From: a virus
Length of the DNA: 64,000 nucleotides
Strand: one strand, 5' to 3'
IMG/VR virus record: IMGVR_UViG_3300006923_000013
Location: 1-64,000 of that record
The first letter of the stretch is position 1. Every line of letters begins with the position of its first letter. Below are positions 18,830-29,700 of this stretch, in pieces. The translations under genes were made by a program, and so were the position numbers. A model generated the notes under the pieces. The model was not told the origin of the DNA. It made no database searches and worked only from the letters and a program-made list of their open reading frames with translations.

Positions 18830-19372
18830 ATGAAACAAGCGTTGTTCTCTCCAAAACGACACTGGGAAGAGCCTCCCGAGCAGCAAGGACGAAAAATTGT
18901 AGAAAAAGTAAAAAAAAAACAAAGTAATGCGAGACGTATGAAACAGTTTAAGTCTGAATTTGATAAAATGACACTTGCGTTTATAGACGGACTACCACAT
19001 CCTTCCTATATAACTTTACTTATTGGATTTAATCATTCAGTTATTGATAATTTAATACAACCTGCTCTTGTGAAAAACCAAAGTATATTTAAAGCTCTTG
19101 TCAAAGCTACAATAAAAGCTGACTTTAACTACCAGGCTGTATCTACGTTATACGAAACAACTATTCGATATATAAAAACAGATATTAACCTGAAAAAGAC
19201 ATCTTCAGACCATATTGGAGACTGTGAGAAGATAGTGTCTAAATTTTTAACAGATCTTGTAATTAATAAATTTATAACTATTAGTACATCTGCGAAACTT
19301 TTTAATTACTTCATGGATATTCCTCAATTTGAACATTCGGATAAATCTATAAAAGAATACTGGAAAGTTTAG
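18830..19372 (+). CDS. Hypothetical protein (likely start ATG 18830 rather than 18734)
   Basis: A-rich leader before 18830; this start avoids an antisense overlap with the spanin-like gene. Confidence 0.65.
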   Translation: MKQALFSPKRHWEEPPEQQGRKIVEKVKKKQSNARRMKQFKSEFDKMTLAFIDGLPHPSYITLLIGFNHSVIDNLIQPALVKNQSIFKALVKATIKADFNYQAVSTLYETTIRYIKTDINLKKTSSDHIGDCEKIVSKFLTDLVINKFITISTSAKLFNYFMDIPQFEHSDKSIKEYWKV

Positions 19373-19380
19373 TATATTTG
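19369..19380 (+). promoter_or_regulatory. Bacteroidota -7 promoter element (TTAGTATATTTG), 4 nt before ATG
   Basis: TAnnTTTG match directly upstream of 19385. Confidence 0.6.
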
Positions 19381-19384
19381 TAAT

Positions 19385-19678
19385 ATGAATTACAGCAACA
19401 AACGCGGAGAAGACGAAACATTCGAACAGTATAAGGATCGTCAGAAGTTCCTTACTAAGCTTAAAAAGCGAAGTAAAAAAGGAATATCAGTTTGGGACAG
19501 CAAATCAGAATCCACATATATCAAGGATACTGCCGCTCCAGATTTACTTAAAGAAAGAGGCAAAGAAGCTAAAGAAAGGATAAATATCCAACTAAGCAAC
19601 TTTGAACAGTGGCAACAAATAGACGCAGAGAATATTGAAGACTTTTTAAAAGAGTCTGAGAACGATACAGAGCTTTAG
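19385..19678 (+). CDS. Hypothetical charged protein (97 aa)
   Basis: ORF track; has its own promoter and terminator. Confidence 0.75.
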   Translation: MNYSNKRGEDETFEQYKDRQKFLTKLKKRSKKGISVWDSKSESTYIKDTAAPDLLKERGKEAKERINIQLSNFEQWQQIDAENIEDFLKESENDTEL

Positions 19679-19728
19679 AAGCTCATGTACGCATAGTTTT
19701 TCAGTGATTGGTTTTACTATGTGTTTAT

Positions 19729-19763
19729 AAGGGTAGGAGCTATAAGCTTCTACCCTTTTTTTT
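19729..19763 (+). terminator. Intrinsic terminator at the convergent junction of the early/middle and late arms
   Basis: AAGGGTAGGAGCT-ATA-AGCTTCTACCCTT stem running into a run of 8 T. Confidence 0.9.
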
Positions 19764-19786
19764 ACTCACGCTTAATATAAGTTAGA

Positions 19787-22700
19787 TTATCTGGCCCTAC
19801 CCGTTTCAGCATAAAAGCTCACAATGTCCTTCATGTACCTATTACGAGTATAGTGTTTATAGAAAGGAACAAGATCATAGATTTTTTTACTGATCTTTCT
19901 ATCTCCTTTACGGGACCCTGATTTGTATATTTCCATTCCTTCTCCTGAGAGCGCTCTAAATGTGTCCGTTTTACCTTGACTTAAGAAGTCTATAATACGT
20001 TCAATGAACGTAATAGTAATCGCAGGGTTCTTTAGGATTCTCCCTGCTTCCATAGGGCTGATATATTGTAAAAGCTCACTATGAAGTCTATATGCCATAA
20101 AACTGCCTAAATACCAATTCACAAAATCATCATCTTCGTCTTGTCCCTTTGCAAGTGCAGCCATTGATGCCCCTGCTGCAGGTAAAACAAATAATGCAAG
20201 ACCTATCTCAGAAACAGCTTTAATAACATTACCTTTTTCATTTCGAGAAAGTTCTGCCCAATTAGCACTTACTACCTGCCATTTCATTAATTCTAGATCG
20301 CTAATAACTTTACCTATAAACTTATAAGCCGTAGAATATGTACCTAAAGACCTATATGTGCCTAACATAGGGTCATACATTCTTGTTGGAGTCGCAGTGG
20401 GTAATTCTGAAGAATGTTCTATATACTCACCATCTGTAAGAGTGCCTTTAGAGTACTTACCTACTTTAGGTGTATAATCTCGTACAGTTTGTGCTGCACC
20501 TCCAAGTCTTGCTCTGAACCCTGGAACTAGATATTTTTTAAATACAATCATAATGGATCCTAATACAAGCCTTTGAAAAGGCATAGCATTTCGTTCACTA
20601 TATGCACCATGTAACTGTTGATTAATACGTTGGATCGCAACAGTTCCACGTCTATGAAAAGCAGCACGATCATCACGGCTATAGTATGGCATTTTTTTAG
20701 TAGTTTCTCCAATCATTTTTTCTACATAACGGATAGAATGGTTATATACTACTTTACCTTCTTTTATTCTATAGCTATCCCAAAGACTTATTCCTTTGTT
20801 TCTATCTTCAGTTGGTTCATTTTTAGCATCCAGATACATATCATTTTCATCTAAGATTTTAGTAGATTTAAGATATGCGATCATAGTAAGGGATTGAACA
20901 TGGTGTTCAACACTGGCGTTCAAAAAATGTAAACTAAATCCGTGCAATAAATGTGCTGTTTTACTATTATGTGCATAATCAAATTGCCTGTGATCAAAGT
21001 TATTCGTAGGATCGTAAATTAACCCTACTACATTTACTTTAGAATGCTGATCTAATGGCTCAGTTAAGTCTGCTATCATTCTTGGCATATCTCTAGCATA
21101 AGCTTCATATGCAGCAGCTACATCTTTTTTACCAAAATGCTCTCCTGCTGCTCCTTCAATTGTAAATAATATGTTTGCTAAATTAGCATTAGCAATAGAA
21201 GAATGGACATTAAATGATAGCATTGTAGTAGACATATACGATTGTACAAGTCCTAATAACTTAGTAACACTAAGACCTCCAATTTCATACCCTGGGTCTA
21301 ATTTAGTAACTCCAAACATTCGGTGTTCTATTAAATCCTTAGCAGCATTGTAAGAATTTTTAGCTGAAACATCAATGTTTCTACCTATAGATCCTCTACC
21401 TACTGTTTTAAATCCTGCTTTTTGTGTAAAATTAAGCCTCTTCTGTAGAAAAAATACAAGCATCTCTGCATAAGGAAGAAGTTGGGTCATTTTCTGATAA
21501 GACAATGTAACCCATGTATTCTTTACAAGGGAACCGTGAAGATCCATAGTTAAATCCTCAATTTCTATTTGCCCTCTATAGTGAATAGGTACATACTGTC
21601 GTTCTCTGCCTTCCTCGTCTGTGCTTATAGAAGCGTAATCTTGTATGTTCTTCCTACGTTTACTTCGTAGGTTATCCATCTCTTCACTCTCCTCCCCCCT
21701 TTCCGAAACTTCACCTTTAACATATACAGTCCTTTCCTCTTTCCACTTTTGAAATATTTCAGAGTATAAACTGTTCTTTCCTATTAATTTTGGAAAAAAG
21801 CCCATCCATTTATGGACATCTTCAAGTCTTTCTGGTAAAGATTTACGAATTGAAGGCATTTTATACATAGTTCTAAAATTAGAAGGAAGTCCTTCGTCAT
21901 TTATTGTATTTTGATTCATATACCGTATATAATACTTCCAATATATATTATCTCCCCCTTCAAGTTTACTATAAGCTGCAAGTTTTTTATATGCAGGATT
22001 TAAGTATTTAGCGTGATCCTCTGGCTTTTTAGGAATTTCAAATTGAGTATGACTTGCTCTATGAATCATTGCAATTTTATCCTCAAAGAGTGATAACGGA
22101 CCTCTATCTCCAGATCGTGTAATATTATTAGCAGCATCACGTTTAGGTACGGATGCAGCTAAAGCCGCTTCGTGCTCCTTTTTAAGGGCTTCTACCTTAG
22201 CGTCCCTTTTGGCTGTTGCTTCTCTTATTATTTTGTCTTTTTCTTCCTTTTTAGCGCCTTTAGGAATAATGTAACGTAGTGGTAATGTATAGTTATACTT
22301 TATATTTTCTTTTTTCCACTTGATCCACTGTCTGGTTTTAGCTGCCTCTGATACTCCTTCTTGGCTATAGATCTCATCTTGCTTCTTTTTACGGTCTCTA
22401 CTCCAGTTAGAATGGTATTTAGATACGAAATATCCAGTAGGTTTGCCTATTTCATCTTTTTCAAGCATAAACGAATAGAACTCCTCACGGGTCATATTCT
22501 TATCCTTTTTCATCTGATGTTCCTGGAGCTCTTTAAAAGTACCATGTAATGCACGGACTTCATCTATCCATTTGAGACGTATTTCATCCTCTACTTTGGA
22601 GATTTCCATTTGTAGGGCCCTCAGAACATCATCGTTTACATCTTGAGCATTTAAGAACCAACGTTGGACAAATGAAATGTCCTGATTAGTTGCTTCTAAC

Positions 22701-23776
22701 ATATTACGAAATATAACAGCTCCACGTTTTTCAAGTGTAGTTTTGGCCTCATCTAGCCTCATTTGTATATATTCCTCCTTTGTTTTATCCTTTATGCCCA
22801 TCTGTTCGAGCATAACGTCATCTCCTTTATACTTCTTATTAAGCTGTGCGAACTCTTTACCATAAGAGGTTTCTGCCCACGCTTTCATCATATCTCCACC
22901 TGTAGAAAACTTATTTACTACATAGTCTTTAGCATAGCGTTCATACTTAGCAGCAATTTCCTTATGAACATCACTTGCAGTTTGTAGATGCATTCTTACT
23001 TTATCGGGTACTATTAATTTACCCTCTTGAATTTGTGCAAGAGTTGAGTCGATGTCACTAAATGCTGTGATATAATAATAAATATCCTGAGCTGCGGCTG
23101 CAGTAAGTTTTTTAGTTCCTTCATCTTCTGCTACACCCATGTTAAGAATTAGCATATCCATTTCTTCAAGAATAGCTGCAGTTTGTTCCATTGCATTTGC
23201 TGCATAGTTCAATAGCCTTTCATCTTGTACTGCCTCTCCTATTGAATCTAATTCCTTTTCTAAATCCTTTTTTTGAGCTTTTAGCTGCCCACTAAGCAGT
23301 TCCTTTGATTTTTGGCGAGAGAGTGTCTTTATTCTCTTTTCCAAAGCACTTGCTGCTTTACGTAGTATTGCAACTTTTATAGAAGATGTAGCTTTAAATT
23401 GACTGGTATTCCAAGGTTTAGTAGCAAGTATTTTACCACTGGCAAAAGACCAAACATCTGCCATATACGGCTCTCCATATATGATCTGTCCGTTCTCATC
23501 GTCTCCAAGGTTATACAATCTAGGAGATTCTTGAGGTGTATCTAATTTATTTACAAGCCTGTATTCATTAGCGGGTAAGATTTTCCAATTACCATACGTA
23601 TTCGTAAACTCTTGACTGCGTGCTAATTCCCAGAGGCTGTCTTTAATAAGTTCCCCCTGGGTTCCATCAGGCTTATCGTATCGTTGATCCCCAAACTGTT
23701 CCTCTAATTTTTCGTAGAGCTTGCTGGGAATTTCTTTACCTGCTTTGTCTACTTTAAAAACTTTACATGTGCTCAT
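19787..23776 (-). CDS. Large virion cargo/ejection protein (1329 aa)
   Basis: Last gene of the crAss-like ejection cluster after the RNAP; helical; C-terminal hydrophobic IGLALFVLPAAGASMAALA; single Cys at residue 4. Confidence 0.8.
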   Translation of the reverse strand: MSTCKVFKVDKAGKEIPSKLYEKLEEQFGDQRYDKPDGTQGELIKDSLWELARSQEFTNTYGNWKILPANEYRLVNKLDTPQESPRLYNLGDDENGQIIYGEPYMADVWSFASGKILATKPWNTSQFKATSSIKVAILRKAASALEKRIKTLSRQKSKELLSGQLKAQKKDLEKELDSIGEAVQDERLLNYAANAMEQTAAILEEMDMLILNMGVAEDEGTKKLTAAAAQDIYYYITAFSDIDSTLAQIQEGKLIVPDKVRMHLQTASDVHKEIAAKYERYAKDYVVNKFSTGGDMMKAWAETSYGKEFAQLNKKYKGDDVMLEQMGIKDKTKEEYIQMRLDEAKTTLEKRGAVIFRNMLEATNQDISFVQRWFLNAQDVNDDVLRALQMEISKVEDEIRLKWIDEVRALHGTFKELQEHQMKKDKNMTREEFYSFMLEKDEIGKPTGYFVSKYHSNWSRDRKKKQDEIYSQEGVSEAAKTRQWIKWKKENIKYNYTLPLRYIIPKGAKKEEKDKIIREATAKRDAKVEALKKEHEAALAASVPKRDAANNITRSGDRGPLSLFEDKIAMIHRASHTQFEIPKKPEDHAKYLNPAYKKLAAYSKLEGGDNIYWKYYIRYMNQNTINDEGLPSNFRTMYKMPSIRKSLPERLEDVHKWMGFFPKLIGKNSLYSEIFQKWKEERTVYVKGEVSERGEESEEMDNLRSKRRKNIQDYASISTDEEGRERQYVPIHYRGQIEIEDLTMDLHGSLVKNTWVTLSYQKMTQLLPYAEMLVFFLQKRLNFTQKAGFKTVGRGSIGRNIDVSAKNSYNAAKDLIEHRMFGVTKLDPGYEIGGLSVTKLLGLVQSYMSTTMLSFNVHSSIANANLANILFTIEGAAGEHFGKKDVAAAYEAYARDMPRMIADLTEPLDQHSKVNVVGLIYDPTNNFDHRQFDYAHNSKTAHLLHGFSLHFLNASVEHHVQSLTMIAYLKSTKILDENDMYLDAKNEPTEDRNKGISLWDSYRIKEGKVVYNHSIRYVEKMIGETTKKMPYYSRDDRAAFHRRGTVAIQRINQQLHGAYSERNAMPFQRLVLGSIMIVFKKYLVPGFRARLGGAAQTVRDYTPKVGKYSKGTLTDGEYIEHSSELPTATPTRMYDPMLGTYRSLGTYSTAYKFIGKVISDLELMKWQVVSANWAELSRNEKGNVIKAVSEIGLALFVLPAAGASMAALAKGQDEDDDFVNWYLGSFMAYRLHSELLQYISPMEAGRILKNPAITITFIERIIDFLSQGKTDTFRALSGEGMEIYKSGSRKGDRKISKKIYDLVPFYKHYTRNRYMKDIVSFYAETGRAR

Positions 23777-26700
23777 TTACAGTTATCTTTAGTATGCGGA
23801 TCGTCATTAAGGTCGTCCTTACTTATATATTTTTCAGGTCTAATTTGGGCCCTCATTCCTCTTTCTGTTCTAACGAGTTTTAACACAGGGCTCTTATTAA
23901 ATACTGTATTGTTTATATGTCCTATATAATTAGCACTTTTTGCATGGTCGTGTTTAAATCCATAAAAGTATTTACCTTTTTTTTGTAGCTTCTTATCTTT
24001 TCCTTTTCCTAATGTACCCTTGTTTAAATATTTGTTACCAATTGCAAAGATCTGAGGAACAGTGAAGTGCAAAAATACAAAATCGCTTTCTTGTGCAGGT
24101 GAAAACTCTCTGTTTTCATTATCATGAGGTATAAAGTTTCTATGGTCATAGTAATCTTTATCCCGCGATAGTGCATCTGAAAACTTTGCTTCAAATATAG
24201 ATACCCAAGAAGCATGTCCTTGTTCTGTTACCACTTCATGTTCTGTATTTAAAAAGAAATCAATTAATAACATCTGCGACTGTTCCTCTTTAGTAAATTT
24301 ATCTAAGCGTTTATTAAAGTTACCTTTTAGGCTCACAAACTTTTCTACAAGATGAGGATGAGTAGTAATAATTGCATTTACAACTATTTTTTCATCCTTT
24401 TCAGGTCTAAATACATATATAGGTATAAAATTAGGAATTTCCTTTTTAACATCGGTCTCTAACCACTGTACAACTTCTTGAATGGTATCAAAATGTCTCT
24501 TACTTTCAGGAATAACGAAATCCAGATCATGTAAGGTTTCAGCTTTATCCCTATATACATTTCCCTGACTTCTTAGAGCAAGGGATCCTACGAGTACGGC
24601 ATTTAATTTACTAATTGCCGTTTCCATCACTTCAAATGCTTTTGGAAATTTAGTGGCTCCTTCTTCAAAAGTTTTAAGTGTAAAGTTTTTATCCTTAGCC
24701 CTTCCATATGTTTCCATGAATTTTTTATCCCCAGAAAGAACTTGCTGTGCAATCTCATCTGCCATAATTTCTACTGGGATACTTGCTATGGATTTTGCTA
24801 TTTTAAGTATAGCTTCATACGCCTCATAAGCTAATTTAAGAAATTTACCTTTTGGAACTCGTTTTTCATTAGCGTAAATAATCGCCTCACCTATTATCTG
24901 CCCAATAGCTTCTTTTTTTATTTTCTCCATATTAGGAGAACCATCTATATTTTGATATAGCCTGTTTTTTGCATAAGCACGCTTAATGGCTCCAAATTTG
25001 CCCCAAGACGTTATATTCTGCATAAGAGGTTTAATCAGATCACTCTTAACGCCTACAAGGTCTACAAGCATATGACTGAACTCTTCAGGCATTACCATCT
25101 TAGTTCTATCTTCTTTAGCTATATCTATAACTTTACGAAGTGTGTGTGCTACACCTAAAACTCCTTCTCCATACCGCTCTTCCATATCCTGCATAGAACG
25201 TTCTGTAACAATTACTCCATATTCTTCTAAAAAGTCTGCTAAATAATTATCTAATTTTTTATCTGCTTTCTCTCCTAAAGTCTGCATTTTAGCAACTATA
25301 TCCTTATGTCCTTCTAATAACGAACTGAATCTATATGCCATAAGTACATTAAAAGGTTTGCCTTTGTATATAAGAGCATTACGTTGCAGCCAACGCTCAA
25401 TTATATCAATTTCATCTTGACTGAATCCATTTTCAGCTAAAAATTCCTTATCGCTGGGTTTTAATTCTTTACCATCAAATACCGATTGTAAGTCTGCAGC
25501 ATTCTCCATAAGAGTTGCAGCTCGTTCTACTTCATTAAGAAATGAGTTTTCTTCTAAATGAAAAAGTGTATTCACATCTGTAGTCTCATTTGGAGATGTA
25601 GATAACTCCACTTCTACTAATATGCCCGCTTCTTTAAGTTTTTTAGTAGCAAAGGTTGTACCTACAATAACATTTTTTTGTAGTGCTTTATCTAAAAGAA
25701 TAATATTATTAGTATTTATATTAGATCCTTTTCCCTCTCTTAAGAAAGGCTCAAATAAGGTTTTACCTCTATCGTTTTTTCCTAACTTGTTTACTACAAC
25801 ATATACAGGGAGCTGCTTTGAATTCCATCCTGCATGTCTGTATAATCTTTCATTCACTGTTACATACTTGGTAACACGAGTAACCTCTTCTCTTCCATCT
25901 ATCAATTCTGTTTTAACAAGAGACGTATCTCCTGTAGCAAATCCGTAGACCTCAAGTCCTAACTCACTAGTAACTTTTTCTGCAAATTTATCGGATATTT
26001 CAGGTACTAAATCTGTATTATGTGAATTATTTCTAAAGAAGATATCTAATTCTGCTCTTGAAAATAACCCTGGGTCAGTAGTATCTGAAACTACAGCACT
26101 ACCTCCTTTGCCGTCTGATACCTCAATTGTGTTTGCTTCTTCATTAAATCGGTCAAATAATTCATCCTCTAATGAAAGGGGCATTAGTTCATGAAAACTA
26201 AAGAGTTTATTTGTATACCCACTTACAATAAAGGAATATAGAGCTAAATCTTTAGCAAATGCTTGTACTTTTTTATCTTCATGTAAGTAGAGTTGTTCCC
26301 AAGCTTCTGTAAGAAGGTCTTTACTTACTCCGTCTTTTTCTTGTGTATTTGGAACAGTTATACTTCCTATTTCATCCTTAATATTAGAGATATTACCTTT
26401 AGATGCAAGTAAATATTTAATAAGTCTGTTTTCTTTTATAGGAGACTTACTAGAAGTCTGCCAGAATGCAAGCTGATTCACAATATTGTTATCACTTATT
26501 ACAAGTTCCTGGAATTTCTCTTGTGTAAGACTTTTTGCCTTCTTAGCAAGATACATACTGTATAAATCTCTATAGGCCCTTCTTAGCTTTTCTGGATTTT
26601 TACTGAAATACTCATTATTGGACATTTCTTCTATCTGCCATAATGCTGATCCAAATCCAGCACTTCCAATATTAAAAGAGTCTTTAAATAACGAGAGCAT

Positions 26701-29700
26701 TAAAGATGTAGAGTTATCTCTATATTTAGCAAGCATTGTGTTTTCAAATCTAGCTGCTATACCCCGTAATCCTGTATCTTGTAATGCATCACTAAGTTTA
26801 CGTTCAGAGACCAATGAGTTTACCATTCCTCCACCTGCACCCTCCACATCTTGTTTAGATGCTCCAATTGCAGAACTAAGTACTGATGCCCGTTGGCGTA
26901 AGTGAAAAAATGTTTCCACTACAGTAAGTTGATGTATAATATGCTCAATATCAGTAGCTTCTTTATTCTTGATCCCTTCTTCTAATGTAGATATATTTAA
27001 AAGGTTATCAAGTTTTAATGTGTTACTTCCAAATTTAGAATTTATATTCTTTATTTCATCTTTAAATGCTTTCTCTGCGTTTATATACGACATACCCTCT
27101 CCCTCCATTGTCTCTATATACTTCTTCTTATAATCACGAAGTACTGCTTCCTTATCTGTTAAAGTCTTTTTAGTTTTTTCATCCCATATCCGTTTAGTAT
27201 TACCCGCACGTGTGTATTGAGCATATTCTACCCATTCTTTAAGTATAGGCTGAGACATGAACATATCAGTCCATTCTGGGTTCGCCCCGAGGCGATCTAA
27301 CAGAAATACAGTATTTGCTGTGAACTCATTATTGTTTAGATAAAAGATATAAGGATCTTTTGCTATATCCACATATGCATTAAGTCTACCTGAAATGATA
27401 TTAGTGATCGTACCTTTTGCAGTATTGTAAATTTGAGAAAGATCAGAGAATCCTGATTTGGTTTTATTACCAATTCCTAAATTTTCTGAAAAATACAATG
27501 GAGATTCTTCGCTCACGTTATCTGAAAGAGAGAACTGAGAAATCGCATGGTCAACCAATTGACGTGCAGTAAGTGCTACTCCTGTTTTACCTCCTACAAA
27601 TTGCTGCTTTACATCTACTTGAAACGAAGCTGAAAACCACTCAAGATCTCCTTTGACAGACATGGCGTCTGTCACAAACTTTATAAAATCTTCAAGTTTA
27701 TCTGCAGCAATAAGCGCTTCACCCCTTGCACGCATTTTGTGATCAAAAACTGTAGTATAATTCTCAAAGAATCTAACTTTTGCAGCTCTGAATTTTACTC
27801 CAATGGAATCCAAAGGAGTAATTAGGTCTATATATGTTTTAGGATCACTTATAACAGCATCGTATATCTCAAGTTTTCTATTTTGAAGTGCTTTCTTACG
27901 AATTGCTCTTTTTTTCGAATAGTATATCTCTGTAGCCTTTTCTTTTGAAGTCGTTCCTTTTTTATTCTTTTCTTGTATCGCTTCTATTTGCTTTTCTGTT
28001 GGAGGTAATATAGGACCTTTCATAGATTCCTTATATTCTATATAATAAGGTTTACCTGAATTTTTATCCACTCCAAAATTAGGAAGCATAATGAACATCT
28101 TATCGATGTCGAAATCCGAACCTGTCTTAGCTGTGATATCATCGTATGCTACTACCGCATCTCCCATAGATTTCGGTAAAAACCCTACAACTTCAAATGC
28201 ATCGATAGAGCTCATACCTTGATTTGGTATTCTATATGCTATACCTCTAAGTAATCGCTTATCAGAGATATATTTCTGAATCTCTGCAGACGACATCTTT
28301 TCGTAATTAGGAATAAGATCTCTAAACCAAGAAGGAAGCATAATTTGGGCCCGAGAGAACTTAACAAATTCGCCGCCCTTATTAACTTCAGATATACCAG
28401 GTTTCAAATCGTTAGGATTAGTAACCATTTCTATCTCTGCCTTTTCTGCATCAGTAAGACTTGACCAGCGTTTAGTACGCTTAAATCCGAAGTTACTCAA
28501 CTGAATATACGAGCCACCTGGCATTTTAAGCTTTACAGTACGTGCTGTAATGATAGATCCAATTAATTGGTCGATCTTATCTGCATATGGATGAGAGTGA
28601 AGAGGGCGTAAGAATCCTCTCTTATCTGCTCTAAGTTCCAATGAATCTAACAGCTTTCTGGGAGTTGATTCTTTCTTACTGAACTCTTTATAGATTAACT
28701 CATGTAATTTAGTGTAATCTGTAATCTGTGGATCACCTTCATCATTAGTAGTTATACCAAATTCTTCATAAAGTTTATCCTTGCCCATATTCGACAGTTC
28801 TCTGTCTATATCATGTGCCTGTTTAATTAGATTTTGACCCGTAACTTTTTTTCCATCTAAAGTATACTGTGCATTTATCCTAATATTAGCAAGTAGATTA
28901 CGTTTAACCTGAGACCCCTCAAGAGACTCAGAAGCTGTGTGAGGACGCAAGTCCTGCTGAAGCTTCCAATACTCATTACGAAGAGTCATTACATTAAGCT
29001 TCAGTTTTCCTTCACCTGTAAAATGCTTAGGAGATTGGGCGCCGACTTTAATACCTGATTCGAAGATCACCTCATCGATAGGATTAGTTTTATCTGTCAT
29101 TGTAGCATACAGAGTTTCTAACTTATCTGTACCCTTTACAACTTGTGGAAATAATACTGCTTGGGAATACTTTATATACGTAGGAACCATAAGTCCTTTA
29201 TAAGGACGTAATTCATAATGCATACCTTTTAAAGGCATTGCAGCTATAAATTTCATATCCTTTGCTGTTCCTGCTCCTGCAAGTAATCTTTTATAGATCT
29301 CATCTATTTTACTATTGTCCCAACGGCCTAACCTTTTCATAATGAATGCCCAACGCTCAAGTGATATATAGCCCTGCCCATCAGCTTGGTTTACCTTACT
29401 ATAAGGTTTAAGAATGCGTTTAATATCTGCTTCTGAGAATCCCCATCCATGCTTTTTATTTGCGGCTTTATAGCTAGCTAAGTACTCTCCAAAATATGCA
29501 CTTGGTTCTTCTATATCCCGTAAAACTGCCATTTTGAAGAACTCTTCTCCGACAGCTAAATTTAGATCCTGACCTGGTGCAATAAGAGATGGCATTCTCT
29601 TAGAGAGCTCATCCATATTAAAATAGAAAGCAGGATTACCTGCATATACTTGCATTGCCTCTAAATTAGAAATAATGCTATTAAGACCAAATGCAGCTAT

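Noticed and set aside
18734-18854. Apparent 120-nt head-to-head overlap of two divergent genes
   Set aside because: Artefact of longest-ORF starts. Downstream ATGs (18791 on -, 18830 on +) leave a normal 38-bp promoter gap.
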